DNA of 64,000 nt from Alphaproteobacteria bacterium (GCA_041396725.1 JAWKYA010000004.1:20019-84018); one strand, 5' to 3'. Counted from the first letter of the stretch, positions 1 to 12,069 are shown. The notes: generated by a model not told the origin, from the sequence alone. Numbers and translations are program-made.

Positions 1-1552
1 GAAGAAGATTAAGGCTAGAACGCTCGCCGACGCTATGCCAGGTGCAGATGTTTTTATCGGCCTTTCAGCACCAAATATACTTACCCCTGAAGCGCTAAAA
101 ACTATGGCCAAGCAGCCCCTTGTTTTTGCCTTAGCCAACCCAACACCAGAAATCATGCCAGAGGTCGCTAAGGAAGCGCGACCGGATGCAATCATCGCTA
201 CAGGGCGATCAGACTATCCAAACCAGGTAAACAATGTTCTGTGCTTCCCTTATATTTTTCGTGGGGCACTCGATGTTGGTGCAACGGCTATCAACGATGA
301 GATGAAGCTTGCCTGTGTTCGTGCCTTGGCTGAGCTTGCTATGGCTGAAGCGCATGAAGCCGTTGTAAGAGCTTATGGTGGTGAGGAGTTAAGGTTTGGC
401 CCTGATTACCTGATCCCTAAACCGTTTGATCCAAGGCTAATCGTTCAGCTTGCGCCTGCTGTTGCGCGTGCTGCGATGGACTCAGGCGTTGCAACCCGAC
501 CGATACCTGATTTTGAAGCTTATACGGAAAAGCTCAGTCGCTATGTCTATCGCTCAGGCTTGTGTGAAGCCTGTCTTTGAAGCGTCTGCGCGAAACGAGC
601 CGAAGCGCGTTGTTTATGCGGAAGGTGAGGATATGAGCGTGTTTTGCGTGCAGCCCAGGCGGCGGTGGATGAACGTCTTGCTAGTCCTATTCTTGTAGGG
701 CGCCCTGATGTCATTTCTCGTCGGATCGAGCGCCACGGATTGCGTATACGTGTGGGTAAGGAAATTGAGATTGTGAACCCCTTGTGATCATTCCGCGATA
801 TGACGCTTATACGCTCTTTACAGCAAGTTATGGCTCCGGAAGGGATTTCTCCTGCAGCGATAAAACGGTGGTGCGCGTAGCAATACAACGGTTATTGCTG
901 CGTTGATGGTTCGTCGCCAGGAAGCCGATGCGATGTTATACGGGACGGTTGGCCCATTTCGCGATCGTAGGCCATGTAGCCGATGTTATCGGCAGGGCAG
1001 AAAGAGTGTGCGCCATCTATCTTCGATGGTGGCCTTTATTCTTCATCGACTGGACTTTATCGTCTCTATGTTAGCCCCGATCCATCCAGAAGAGATCGCT
1101 AGGTCTGTTCAGTTAGCGGCTGCAGCCATTCGCCGTTTGAATGCTTCCAAAGGTTGCATTATTGTCTCATTCTAACTTCGGTACCACAAAACTGCTTCGT
1201 CGCTAAAGATGCGTGAAGCTCTATCGATTATCCGCTGCCAGGTACCGGATCTTGAGGTAGATGGAGAGATGCATGGCGACGCAGCTTTAGATAGGGCTTG
1301 AAAATCGTGCTGGTGTGTTTCCGAGATCTCGCTTAAAGGATCAGGCAAACTTATTGATCATGCGGAATCTTGACACAACAGAATATCGCTTTCAACCTCT
1401 TAAAGATCATTGGTGATGGGCTTTCTTTAGGGCCATTGTTGATTGGGCAGGCTTTACCTGCCCACATCTTGACCCCTAGCGTTACGGCGCGCGGGATACT
1501 GAATATGACAGCAATTGCAGCAGTCGATGCGCAAAATCGAGGAGATCGGTGA
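1..1552 (+). CDS. maeB: NADP-dependent malic enzyme with C-terminal phosphotransacetylase-like domain (5' end outside window; several frameshifts)
   Basis: ORF 35..580 has [39 protein letters not shown] and [17 protein letters not shown]-like pieces follow in other frames: [11 protein letters not shown] (450..698), [10 protein letters not shown] (903..1175), and GPLLIG...[24 protein letters not shown] (1370..1552). Confidence 0.9.
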
Positions 1553-2931
1553 TGGCTTCGGGACTTGAAAGCCCTCCGGCTGAGGAAGCGCGGTTTGGGC
1601 TTGCGCCCGATATAGCAAAAAAAATTGAAGAAGCGCTGGAAGCTGGTCGAACAAGCGATATTCATACACTTATTAGCCCATTGCATGTTGCAGATATCGC
1701 AGATCTTATTGAGAGCTTGCCTGATGAGCGGCGTCGGATGGTTATGGCATCTCTTGATGCCGATGTTATTCCGGAAGTTCTCTCTTATCTTGATGAGGTA
1801 GTTCGTGAAGACTTGCTCGAGTCTTTAGAACCTGAGCAAGTAGCTAAAGCTATCACTAAATTAGATAGTGACGATGCTGTTGATCTGATTGAGACCCTCG
1901 AACCGGATGAACAGCGCGAGGTACTGGACGCTGTCCCAGCGGAAGAGCGCGCCCAACTCGAGGATGCACTTCAATACCCTGAAGACACAGCTGGCCGGTT
2001 GATGCAGCGTGAGTTGGTGGCTGTTCCAATCGGTTGGACAGTAGGTGATACGATCGATTTTACTCGCACGGCGACAGATTTAGCTTCTGATTTTTACGAT
2101 GTTTATATCATCGATGCAGCCCACAAACCTTTAGGAGCTGTTCCTCTAAGTCGTGTGTTACGGAGTAGCCGAGATATCTCTTTGGCAGATATTATGGATC
2201 GTGAGTTGCGACTTGTTCCCGCGACTATGGATCAAGAGGAAGTTGCATATCTTTTTCGCAAGTATGGCCTTATTGCTGCGCCCGTTGTCGATAACCAAGG
2301 TCGCCTTGTTGGAGTCATTACTTTTGATGATGCTGTGCGTGTTATTGAAGAAGAAGCAGAGGATGACTTATTGAAATTGGGCGGTGTCCGTGAAGATGAT
2401 CTTTACAGTGCAACAGTAGATACAACAAAGGCGCGAATGCCTTGGCTTGCAGTTAATTTAGGGACAGCACTTCTTTCGTCCGCTGTGATTGGATTGTTTG
2501 AAGGAGCTATCGAGCGCATTGTCGCTCTTGCTGTCCTAATGCCAATCGTTGCTTCTATGGGTGGGAACGCAGGGACACAAAGTTTAACTGTTGCCGTTCG
2601 TGCTCTTGCAACCAAAGAACTTGGTTCAGCCAATGCCCGGCGCGTTCTAGGTAAAGAAGTTTTGGTAGGACTAGCAAATGGTTTGACCTTTGCCTTGTTG
2701 ACGGGTGCAGTTGCTTGGATATGGTTTAGAGATATCGGTGTTGGTACTGTTTTGGCTATGGCAATGATTGCTAATCTTATGATAGCTGCTTTTATGGGGG
2801 TAACCATTCCCTTAGTGCTCGAGCGGCTTAAAATCGACCCTGCCGTGGCTTCCGGGGTATTTCTGACGGCTATTACAGATGTGGTGGGGTTTGGTGTATT
2901 TTTGGGTTTAGCTGCTTTATTTCTTCTTTAA
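1549..2931 (+). CDS. mgtE: Magnesium transporter MgtE
   Basis: Acidic N-domain, CBS pair (YPEDTAGRLM, APVVDNQGRLVGVITFDD), membrane domain with MPIVASMGGNAGTQS and DPAVASGVFLTAITDVVGF. GTG start overlaps the maeB stop (GTGA). Confidence 0.95.
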   Translation: MMASGLESPPAEEARFGLAPDIAKKIEEALEAGRTSDIHTLISPLHVADIADLIESLPDERRRMVMASLDADVIPEVLSYLDEVVREDLLESLEPEQVAKAITKLDSDDAVDLIETLEPDEQREVLDAVPAEERAQLEDALQYPEDTAGRLMQRELVAVPIGWTVGDTIDFTRTATDLASDFYDVYIIDAAHKPLGAVPLSRVLRSSRDISLADIMDRELRLVPATMDQEEVAYLFRKYGLIAAPVVDNQGRLVGVITFDDAVRVIEEEAEDDLLKLGGVREDDLYSATVDTTKARMPWLAVNLGTALLSSAVIGLFEGAIERIVALAVLMPIVASMGGNAGTQSLTVAVRALATKELGSANARRVLGKEVLVGLANGLTFALLTGAVAWIWFRDIGVGTVLAMAMIANLMIAAFMGVTIPLVLERLKIDPAVASGVFLTAITDVVGFGVFLGLAALFLL

Positions 2932-2962
2932 GTTCTCACCGGACGATTGAAAGGATACGCTC

Positions 2963-4135
2963 ATGCTCTCTAATCAATTTCCGACTCTAGATTTTGGTTT
3001 AGGAGAGACAGCCGATATGCTGCGCGACACAGTGCGCAGCTTTGCAGAGGATGAGATTGCTCCTCGTGCAGCAGCAATCGATCGCGATAATGCGTTTCCT
3101 GCCGATCTATGGCGCAAAATGGGCAATCTTGGAATTCTAGGTGTGACGGTCAAGGAAGAGCTTGGCGGTGCAGGTATGGGCTATCTCGAACATTGCGTTG
3201 CTATGGAAGAGGTTAGCCGGGCATCAGCATCTGTAGGGCTAAGTTATGGTGCTCATTCCAATCTCTGCGTCAATCAGATTCATCGTAACGGCTCCAAAGA
3301 ACAACAGCATAAAGACCTCCTCAAGTTGATCTCTGGTGAATATGTCGGTGCTTTGGCGATGAGCGAGTCCGGTTCTGGTTCAGATGTGGTTTCGATGAAG
3401 CTGCGTGCAGATAAAAAAGGTGATCTTTATGTTTTGAATGGTACAAAAATGTGGATTACCAATGGCCCTGATGCAGATGTGTTAGTCGTTTACGCGAAAA
3501 CCGATGTGGCCGCTGGCCCTCGGGGCATCACGGCCTTTATAATCGAAAAGGGAATGAAAGGTTTTTCGACCGCTCAGAAGTTAGATAAACTTGGTATGCG
3601 CGGATCGAATACCTGTGAACTTGTTTTTGAAAATTGCGAAGTCCCAGTTGAAAATATTTTAGGAGGACAAGGTAGAGGGGTTAACGTTTTGATGAGTGGC
3701 CTCGATTACGAACGCGTTGTGTTGGCAGCTGGGCCGCTTGGTATCATGCAAGCTTGTATGGATGTGGTTGTCCCTTATATGCATGAACGTAAACAGTTCG
3801 ATCGTCCGATTGGAGAATTCCAGCTGATGCAAGGCAAGCTTGCCGATATGTATACAGCGATGAATGCAAGCAAAGCTTATGTTTATGCTGTGGCGCGCGC
3901 TTGTGATCGCGATCAGACAACACGCAAAGATGCTGCAGGAGCTATTCTCTATGCGGCAGAAAAGGCTACCTGGATGGCGCTAGAAGCCATTCAATGTCTT
4001 GGGGGAAATGGATATATCAATGAGTATCCTACAGGACGGCTATTGCGTGATGCAAAGCTTTATGAAATCGGAGCTGGGACATCGGAAATTCGCCGCTGGC
4101 TTATTGGCCGCGAACTCTTTGATGAATCGAAATAG
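2963..4135 (+). CDS. ivd: Isovaleryl-CoA dehydrogenase
   Basis: [67 protein letters not shown]; linked to liuBCDE. Confidence 0.95.
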   Translation: MLSNQFPTLDFGLGETADMLRDTVRSFAEDEIAPRAAAIDRDNAFPADLWRKMGNLGILGVTVKEELGGAGMGYLEHCVAMEEVSRASASVGLSYGAHSNLCVNQIHRNGSKEQQHKDLLKLISGEYVGALAMSESGSGSDVVSMKLRADKKGDLYVLNGTKMWITNGPDADVLVVYAKTDVAAGPRGITAFIIEKGMKGFSTAQKLDKLGMRGSNTCELVFENCEVPVENILGGQGRGVNVLMSGLDYERVVLAAGPLGIMQACMDVVVPYMHERKQFDRPIGEFQLMQGKLADMYTAMNASKAYVYAVARACDRDQTTRKDAAGAILYAAEKATWMALEAIQCLGGNGYINEYPTGRLLRDAKLYEIGAGTSEIRRWLIGRELFDESK

Positions 4136-4246
4136 TAGATCATATTAGCTTCAAGAGATTGAATATTTCGCGCTGAGGGTTGTTTTATCATAACTTCTCT
4201 TGTGGTATGGCTTTGTCGTTAGCATATCGCTCTTGGAGAACAATAA

Positions 4247-4933
4247 ATGCCAAGTGTTTTAATCACGGGTTGCTCACGAGGGATAGGCCCCTTGAGTTTG
4301 CGCGACAATATGCTGCTGCGGGTTGATATTATTGCAACGTGCAGAAAACCAAAAAACGCTCAACAGCTGAATTCTGTATAAGGGGATATCCGAGATTATG
4401 CTTTTAGCACGATATTACCGACGCGCAATCTCTTATGAATTTACGGAAGAGCTTAGGGGATTTTGCTTGTGATGTTTTAATCAGCAATGCAGGTGTTTTT
4501 GGTCCTCCCCGCAGCGTTTTGGCGGCCTTAATATGAAGAATGGGAAGAGGTCTTGCGGGTAAATACCTTGGCGCCAATCCGGTTAGCCGAAGCGCTTATC
4601 TCTGCGGTTGAGCGATCTGATAAAAAAATGATGGTCTTTATAACCAGTCGAATGGGATCGATTGAAGATAATAATAGCGGACATTACTATGCTTACCGCA
4701 CATCCAAAGCTGCGTTAAATGCAGCAGTAAAATCTATGGCGATTGATCTCAAACCACAAAAGATTACAGCGGTTGTTATCCATCCAGGTTGGGTTAAAAC
4801 GGATATGGGTGGCACTGGAGCGCCCTTAACACCACAACAGAGTGTCACAGGTATGCGACAAGTTATTGATGGACTCTCTCTAGAGAGTAGCGGCAAGTTT
4901 TATACCAATGACGGGACTTTATTGCCCTGGTAA
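4247..4933 (+). CDS. Short-chain dehydrogenase/reductase, CsgA (C-factor)-like (frameshifted in 5' half)
   Basis: ATG at 4247 after GGAG reads MPSVLITGCSRGIG then shifts frame (LEFARQYAAAG). The 3' ORF 4553..4933 has ITSRMGSI, YAYRTSKAALN (YxxxK) and HPGWVKTDMGG. Confidence 0.8.
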
Positions 4934-4951
4934 AAAAAGAAAGAGGTATTG

Positions 4952-5540
4952 GTGCCATACGACCAATCAAATGTGATCGAATTCTATTTCGATTTTTCTT
5001 CACTATGGTTACTTAGCTGCGCAGATTGACGATCTAGCGGCGAGCCATGGGCGCAGTGTTATCTGGCGTCCGATTTTATTGGGCGCTATATTAAACAAAC
5101 GAGCGGTAAGCCCCTATTGAATATTCCTTTAAAGGGTGATTATACCCGTCGTGATTTAAACGATCGCCGCATCAGATACCATTCGCTTACCAGAACTCTT
5201 CCCTTTTTCCTCAGTTCAGCATCGCGCATATACTATTGGCTTGTAGATCCAAGATAGGGAGGCTGCGTGCGCTTATGCTAAGGTTCTCTATCGCGAAGCA
5301 TTTGAAGAGGGCGAGATGTTTCACAGCCGGCTGTTGTTAAAAGTTGCATTGCGCTTGGTTATATGCCGTCGGAAATTGATCTGCTTTAGATAGTTCTGAA
5401 CTCAAAGAACGGTTACGTAAAAGTAGTATGGCTATCACACGCCAAGTCTTTTGGTTCTAATTTTCTTTGTCGATGGGTGAGCCATTTCAGAATGATCGCC
5501 TTGCTGATGTGGATCTTTGGTTGAGCGAGGTGGATGGTGA
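4952..5540 (+). CDS. 2-hydroxychromene-2-carboxylate isomerase / DsbA-GST-kappa family protein (heavily frameshifted)
   Basis: GTG at 4952 after GAGGT reads IEFYFDFSS; later fragments read VIWRPILLGAI, and the end reads EPF..NDRLADVDLWLSE(G)GW-stop at 5538-5540. The ORF track misses it because of the many indels. Confidence 0.7.
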
Positions 5541-5544
5541 ACTA

Positions 5545-6504
5545 ATTATGCGTGACGAGCCTTCTAAAACACTTTTATAGAAACTCGCATCAACGCTCAC
5601 CCCGATAAGATAAACCCTACTTTTCCCAAAGCCTCATTTCTTGGAAAATAGCAGCAAGGCTATGCTCCAGCCCCTCTGCAACATTATGTGTATCTGTAAA
5701 TAAAATATGCTTCATCGATAATCGCGTTATCAGGGACACGAACGATACGCTCAGCACCCTTAATAATGATAGAGACGGCTTCTGGGATAGGGGTGCGGCA
5801 AGCGACACCATCAGCTATGGTATGCGCAATATTAGTCGTGAAACGCTTTCCTGTCTCGAAGGAAGAGCGCGTAGGCTGGAGCTCCCTCACAGCAACACCA
5901 ACAATCTTTTGTGTTTACTTTAGGGCATCGCGCTGCGATTATCACATATACCGGATCCTTGGCCAATAGGAACGAAGACAGTATGAAGGTCTGGCACGGC
6001 TTTGAGAAACTCTAAAGCATAAGTGGCAACGCCGTGGATAATCGTGGTTTCGAGTGCATTAATAAGATGAAGATTATTATGTATGGCATAGTTATGAGCA
6101 TATTCGCGCGCTGCTTGAAAATCATGGCCATGCTCGATAAGTATGGCGCCTTGAGCCTTCATAGCTGCGTTCTTTTCTAAACTATTGCCCTCTGGGACAA
6201 TAATTGTTGATGAAAGGCCATGGTGCCGTGCAGCCGTCGCGATACTTTGGCCATGATTGCCTCGTGTAGCCGTAACGACACCCTGTACCTTAGGGTGGAT
6301 TCTTATAAGATTATCGATATAAGTTAGGCCTCCGCGGATTTTAAAGGCGCCAGTGGGGGTGTGATTTTCATGCTTTACCCAAACATCGCATTCGCAACGC
6401 GCAGATAGACTCGGCCAGCAGTATTGTGGCGTAGGTGGCATAAATCGATAGACAACAGCAGCAGCAGCTTCTATCTCAGCAAGGCTAGGTAAAGTGTGGG
6501 TCAA
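5545..6504 (-). CDS. PLP-dependent serine/threonine dehydratase family protein (frameshifted; 3' end approximate)
   Basis: VWVKHENHTPTGAFKIRGG (PLP lysine), ATRGNHGQS, VPIGQGSGIC; downstream fragments TIADGVACRTP and TDTHNVAEG. Confidence 0.85.
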
Positions 6505-6653
6505 TTAAGGCTCCGGGAGGTTTTCTGGGGCTGGATGCCGCATCGGCTAGAGAAATGGGTAACAAGGGGCTTTGTAATCGTGTTCTCTCTTGCAACAAGG
6601 TGTTAGCTCTAGGCAATCTATAGCTCTTACCATATAGGATGCCTACATAACCC

Positions 6654-8261
6654 ATGCCCATCATTCAGTCCACTCTTGACCTTAACTCTGAGAGCGCTCG
6701 GCAAAATGCGGCCAACATGGAGCAGCAGCTTGAAGTGTTGCGTAATAAGGTGCAAGCAATTCAACAAGGGGGAGGGCCTCAGGCACGGGAAAAGCACTTA
6801 AATCGTGGAAAACTCCTACCGCGCGATCGGATTATCCGATTGCTTGATGATGGGTCTCCCTTCTTGGAGATTGGACAGCTTGCAGCGACAGGGATGTATA
6901 GGGATGAAGTTCCTTCTGCAGGATTAATATGCGGTATTGGCCGCATCGCTGGTGTGGAGTGTATGATCGTTGTTAACGATGCAACGGTCAAAGGTGGGAC
7001 CTACTATCCACTGACAGTCAAAAAGCATCTGCGCGCCCAGGAAATAGCTGCAGAGAACCATTTACCATGCATCTATCTCGTGGACTCCGGTGGTGCTAAT
7101 TTACCGAATCAAGATGAGGTTTTTCCCGATCGTGATCACTTCGGTCGAATTTTCTATAATCAAGCGCGGATGTCAGCCATGGGGATCCCGCAAATTGCTG
7201 TGGTAATGGGGTCATGCACGGCAGGGGGTGCGTATGTTCCTGCAATGTCAGATGAAGCAATTATCGTCAGAGAACAGGGGACAATTTTTTTAGGTGGACC
7301 ACCGCTCGTTAAGGCTGCAACAGGAGAGGTGGTGTCTGCAGAAGAGCTTGGAGGTGCTGAAGTTCATACAAAGATCAGCGGTGTGGCGGATCATTATGCA
7401 CTCAATGATGAACATGCTTTAGTTATGGCTCGAAAAATTGTTGGGCATCTCAATCGGAAAAAACTTAAACCCGTTAATGTAAGCACGCCCGTTGAACCAC
7501 ATTATGCCTCGAAAGATATTTACAGCATCGTTCCATCTGAGTTTAGAACTCCTTACGATGTTCGCGAAGTTATTGCACGCATAGTTGATGGCTCGGAATT
7601 TGATGAGTTTAAAGTAAATTACGGAACGACTTTAGTGACAGGATTCGCACGAATCTATGGCCATCCCATTGGCATTATTGCCAATAATGGAATTTTATTT
7701 TCGGAATCGGCGCTCAAAGGTGCGCATTTTGTTGAGCTGTGTTGTCAGCGAAATATCCCCTTGATCTTTCTACAAAACATCATGGGATTCATGGTCGGCC
7801 GTAAATACGAGGCAGGAGGTATTGCTAAGGATGGCGCTAAGATGGTGATGGCTGTCGCCTGTGCAAATGTACCTAAGTTGACAGTCGTTATTGGTGGATC
7901 TTTTGGCGCTGGGAATTATGGAATGTGCGGACGCGCTTATCAGCCGCGGTTTATGTGGATGTGGCCAAATGCACGCATCGGCGTCATGGGGGGTGAGCAG
8001 GCAGCCAATGTTCTTGCAACTATTCGGCGTGATGCTACTGAGGCACGAGGTGAGATCTGGTCAGGTGACGAAGAAAGGAATTTTAAGGAACCTATTCAGC
8101 GACAGTTTGAGATTCAATCGGATCCCTATTATGCAACAGCTCGCTTATGGGATGATGGTATTATTGATCCAGCTGAAACACGAAAAGTACTCGGCCTTAG
8201 CCTTGCTGTAACTCTAAATGCACCGATAGAACAAACGCGCTTTGGCGCATTTCGCATGTAG
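6654..8261 (+). CDS. liuB: 3-methylcrotonyl-CoA carboxylase beta (carboxyltransferase) subunit
   Basis: [55 protein letters not shown]. Confidence 0.95.
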   Translation: MPIIQSTLDLNSESARQNAANMEQQLEVLRNKVQAIQQGGGPQAREKHLNRGKLLPRDRIIRLLDDGSPFLEIGQLAATGMYRDEVPSAGLICGIGRIAGVECMIVVNDATVKGGTYYPLTVKKHLRAQEIAAENHLPCIYLVDSGGANLPNQDEVFPDRDHFGRIFYNQARMSAMGIPQIAVVMGSCTAGGAYVPAMSDEAIIVREQGTIFLGGPPLVKAATGEVVSAEELGGAEVHTKISGVADHYALNDEHALVMARKIVGHLNRKKLKPVNVSTPVEPHYASKDIYSIVPSEFRTPYDVREVIARIVDGSEFDEFKVNYGTTLVTGFARIYGHPIGIIANNGILFSESALKGAHFVELCCQRNIPLIFLQNIMGFMVGRKYEAGGIAKDGAKMVMAVACANVPKLTVVIGGSFGAGNYGMCGRAYQPRFMWMWPNARIGVMGGEQAANVLATIRRDATEARGEIWSGDEERNFKEPIQRQFEIQSDPYYATARLWDDGIIDPAETRKVLGLSLAVTLNAPIEQTRFGAFRM

Positions 8262-8265
8262 GTAG

Positions 8266-9054
8266 ATGATGTCAGAAAGTGGGTTTCGTATTAGTCACAA
8301 TGGGAAGATTGCACACCTAATACTGGATAGGCCCGAAAAGCATAATGCTTTTGATGATGTATTAATTTCTAACTTAACAACAGCTCTTGAGAATTTAAAT
8401 GCCGATAGCTTAGTTAGAATTGTTGTTCTTGCAGCAGAAGGCCTTAGTTTCTCTGCTGGAGGCGATCTTGCATGGATGCGGAGAGCAGCAACATATAATG
8501 ACCTAGAAAACCTTGCTGATGCTAGGTCCTTAGCAAAGCTTATTGCTACGCTTGATCGGATGGCTAAGCCGACCATTGCAGCAATCCAAGGTCCTGCCTA
8601 CGGCGGTGGATGCGGGCTCATAGCCGCCTGCGATATTGCGATTGCAGTTGAATCAGCTGTATTTGCGCTAACCGAAGTGCGTTTAGGGCTGATCCCTGCT
8701 GTGATCAGCCCTTATGTTACCAGAGCAATTGGCCAACGGCAGGCACGGCGATTGTTTCTCACTGCTGAAAAATTTTCAGCCGATGAAGCATATCGGATTG
8801 GGTTTATCCATAAGATAGTTACTGCGGAAAATTTAGAGGAAGAGGTCGATAAAATCATTGATCTTCTGTTACTGGGTGGCCCCCAAGCTTTAGTGGCTGC
8901 TAAGCAGCTCGTCAGTGATATAGGTGTTGCTCTGGATCAAAATCTTATTGATGCCACAGCACAGAAAATTTCTGAAATTCGGAAAACACCAGAAGGTCGG
9001 GAAGGGGTCGGTGCGTTCCTTGAGAAGCGCAAACCGACATGGACTCTTGAATGA
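8266..9054 (+). CDS. liuC: Methylglutaconyl-CoA hydratase (crotonase family)
   Basis: LDRPEKHNAFDD, FSAGGDL, GGGCGLIAACD, LTEVRLGLIPAVISPYV; position within the liu operon. Confidence 0.9.
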   Translation: MMSESGFRISHNGKIAHLILDRPEKHNAFDDVLISNLTTALENLNADSLVRIVVLAAEGLSFSAGGDLAWMRRAATYNDLENLADARSLAKLIATLDRMAKPTIAAIQGPAYGGGCGLIAACDIAIAVESAVFALTEVRLGLIPAVISPYVTRAIGQRQARRLFLTAEKFSADEAYRIGFIHKIVTAENLEEEVDKIIDLLLLGGPQALVAAKQLVSDIGVALDQNLIDATAQKISEIRKTPEGREGVGAFLEKRKPTWTLE

Positions 9055-11099
9055 CAAGACTCAGTAAAGATAATATTCTTGGCAGCCATAGGTTTGCGAA
9101 GATTCTTATTGCTAATCGCGGAGAAATCGCATGTCGAATTATGCGAACCGCTAGGCGCCTAGGGATATATACGGTTGCAGTTTATTCTGAAGCTGATCGG
9201 CATGCTGCCCATGTTGATATGGCGGATGAGGCTTGGGAAATTGGCCCAGCTCCAGTTAAGGATAGTTATCTTGATATCGATGCGATTATTGAGGTTGCCC
9301 GTAAAGCCGAGGTAGATGCCATACACCCTGGTTACGGGTTCTTATCAGAGAAATCTAATTTTGCTGAAGCGTGTAGTGCCGCTGGTTTTGTTTTTATTGG
9401 TCCACCAGCTACAGCAATCAAAGCCATGGGGGATAAGGCAGAAGCGAAAAGAATTATGGCAGCGGCAGGAGTACCGCTTATCCCTGGTTACCACGAAGAA
9501 GATCAAAGTGACGATGCCATTAAGGTTGCCGCAAAAGACATTGGCTATCCAATTTTAATTAAGGCTGCTGCAGGCGGTGGCGGTAAGGGGATGCGTATTG
9601 TTGAGCAAGAAAGTGATCTTTTGTCTGCAATAACTTCGGCGCGACGTGAAGCCGTTTCTGCGTTTGGAGATGATCGGATTATTGTTGAAAAATTCCTTCG
9701 TAATCCACGGCACATTGAGGTACAGGTCTTTGCAGATACTCAAGGGAATATAGTTCACCTTTATGATCGCGATTGCTCTATTCAGCGACGCTATCAGAAG
9801 GTTATTGAGGAAGCGCCTGCGCCAGAACTCCCAGACACCATCCGTAAAGCTATGTATAAGACCGCCATAGAAGCGGCAAAAGCTATAAATTATATCAGTG
9901 CTGGTACAATAGAGTTTATCTATGCTGATGGCCATTTTTATTTCATGGAGATGAATACAAGGCTACAGGTTGAACATCCAGTTACCGAGATGATCACGCG
10001 AATTGATCTTGTAGAGTGGCAGATTGATGTTGCGGCGGGTTTACCTCTGCCTTTTCGGCAAGAAGATATTACGGCACACGGGCATGCAATTGAGGCGCGA
10101 CTCTACGCCGAAGATCCTCAAAACGATTTCCTTCCCTCTACGGGGAAAATATATCATTTGCAGATGCCTGAGCAGTCAGGAGATCTTTGGGTTGATAGTG
10201 GTATTCGTCAGGGCGATGAAGTGACCGTTTACTACGATCCAATGATTGCGAAGGTTATTTCGTGGAGTGAAGATCGTTCAAGAACTATCGATCAGTTGCG
10301 AGAAGCACTGTTATCGATCGAAATTGCTGGCCCAATAACCAATGCAGGATTTCTTGCTACAGTTCTTGATCATCCGGCCTTTCGGCTAGGTGAGATTACA
10401 ACGGAGTTTATTACCAATCACAAGAAAGAGCTTTTGGCTAATAAGGTCACGCCTTTGGCTATTTGGGTTATAGCGGCTATTGCGCGCGCGGATAGTCTAA
10501 TTTCCCACTACTATGCAATAGATGATCGCTCTGATAATTCACTGTGGGGCAGTTACAGTGGCTGGCGGTTGAATGAAACTCCTGCGCCTATTTGCTTCAG
10601 TTTTAAAGACCAAAATCATGAAATAATCCTTTTTGTCACTCTTTTAGGAAGAAATTTTTCTCTCATGATCAATCAAGAGCACATTGCTGGATTTTATACA
10701 AGGCAAGGAGATACATTTTATATTACCTACGGATCTTTACGGGTCGAGGGTCGCGTTATCCTGCATCAACAGAGTTTAACTATATTTTACCAAGGACAGA
10801 CATATCGTTTAATAGCCATAAATCGCGATGAAATCGACCCTCATCATCATATAGGAATGGGGGCGACCTTAACAGCAGTAATGCCAGGGAGAGTCCTTTC
10901 TATTTCTGTTGTAGTTGGGGAAAAAATTAAGAAAGGTCAAGTTTTGGCGATTATGGAGGCAATGAAAATGGAACATAAAATCCTTGCGCCTTTTGATGGT
11001 ATAGTAACAGAGGTTCTATGCCGGCCTGGTGATATTATGGCCGAAGGAACTCGGTTGGTCGTTTTGGATGAGAAAGCGCCGGACGCCATTACTCACTAA
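9051..11099 (+). CDS. liuD: 3-methylcrotonyl-CoA carboxylase alpha (biotin carboxylase + biotin carrier) subunit
   Basis: KILIANRGEIACR, IHPGYGFLSE, FMEMNTRLQVEHPVTE, C-terminal EAMKME biotinylation motif. Confidence 0.95.
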   Translation: MTRLSKDNILGSHRFAKILIANRGEIACRIMRTARRLGIYTVAVYSEADRHAAHVDMADEAWEIGPAPVKDSYLDIDAIIEVARKAEVDAIHPGYGFLSEKSNFAEACSAAGFVFIGPPATAIKAMGDKAEAKRIMAAAGVPLIPGYHEEDQSDDAIKVAAKDIGYPILIKAAAGGGGKGMRIVEQESDLLSAITSARREAVSAFGDDRIIVEKFLRNPRHIEVQVFADTQGNIVHLYDRDCSIQRRYQKVIEEAPAPELPDTIRKAMYKTAIEAAKAINYISAGTIEFIYADGHFYFMEMNTRLQVEHPVTEMITRIDLVEWQIDVAAGLPLPFRQEDITAHGHAIEARLYAEDPQNDFLPSTGKIYHLQMPEQSGDLWVDSGIRQGDEVTVYYDPMIAKVISWSEDRSRTIDQLREALLSIEIAGPITNAGFLATVLDHPAFRLGEITTEFITNHKKELLANKVTPLAIWVIAAIARADSLISHYYAIDDRSDNSLWGSYSGWRLNETPAPICFSFKDQNHEIILFVTLLGRNFSLMINQEHIAGFYTRQGDTFYITYGSLRVEGRVILHQQSLTIFYQGQTYRLIAINRDEIDPHHHIGMGATLTAVMPGRVLSISVVVGEKIKKGQVLAIMEAMKMEHKILAPFDGIVTEVLCRPGDIMAEGTRLVVLDEKAPDAITH

Positions 11100-11160
11100 G
11101 ATTTTGTGTGGTGCTGATTAATAAAAATATTTTAAATGCATCAAAAACTGAAACATTATC

Positions 11161-12069
11161 ATGATACCAAAGTCAGTACGTATTGTTGAGGTTGGTCCTC
11201 GCGATGGCTTGCAGAATGAGGCTAAGCTCGTTCCTATTGCTGCCAAAATTCACTTGATTGAATCCTTGGTTGAGGCAGGTCTCTCTGTAGTCGAGACAGG
11301 TGCTTTTGTCTCTCCAAAATGGGTTCCCCAAATGGCTGATAGCGGTGATGTTATAGCTAAGATCAGACGGCATCCCGGCATACGTTATCCAGTTTTAGTT
11401 CCTAATATGCAAGGGTTCAAGGCTGCTGTAGCTGCGGGTCCTATTGATGAAATTGCAATATTTGGTGCAGCTTCTGAAACATTCTCCCAACGTAATATCA
11501 ACTGCTCTATTGACGAGAGTTTTGAGCGGTTTGCAGAGGTAGCAAAGGCCGCTATTGCTAAAAATATTCGCCTACGAGGGTATATTTCTTGCGTTTTAGG
11601 ATGCCCTTACGAGGGTTATATTTCGCCCTCGCAGGTTGCCGAAGTCGCTGTGCGTTTTTTTGACTTGGGTTGTGCCGAAATTTCTCTTGGCGATACCATC
11701 GGTGTTGGGACACCCCTTAAAGCTATAGCAATGGTTGAGGCGGTAGCTAAACTTGTTCCTGTGTCACACTTAGCAGCGCATTTTCACGATACATGGGGGC
11801 AGGCTTTGGCCAATCTCTATGCTGTTCTAAATCTAGGGATTTCTGTGATCGATAGTTCAGTTTCTGGGCTGGGGGGGTGCCCTTATGCACCTGGTGCTGC
11901 GGGTAATGTTGCAACTGAGGATGTTGTATACATGCTTCAGGGTATGAATATTGAAACGGGCGTTGATCTTGCTAAGGTAGCGGCGGCAGGGAGAGAGATT
12001 TGTCAAGTTCTTGGCCGCACCCCTGTGTCACGGACGGCGCAAGCACTTAAATCAAGGGTGGAGAATTAG
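11161..12069 (+). CDS. liuE: Hydroxymethylglutaryl-CoA lyase
   Basis: [43 protein letters not shown]. Confidence 0.95.
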   Translation: MIPKSVRIVEVGPRDGLQNEAKLVPIAAKIHLIESLVEAGLSVVETGAFVSPKWVPQMADSGDVIAKIRRHPGIRYPVLVPNMQGFKAAVAAGPIDEIAIFGAASETFSQRNINCSIDESFERFAEVAKAAIAKNIRLRGYISCVLGCPYEGYISPSQVAEVAVRFFDLGCAEISLGDTIGVGTPLKAIAMVEAVAKLVPVSHLAAHFHDTWGQALANLYAVLNLGISVIDSSVSGLGGCPYAPGAAGNVATEDVVYMLQGMNIETGVDLAKVAAAGREICQVLGRTPVSRTAQALKSRVEN

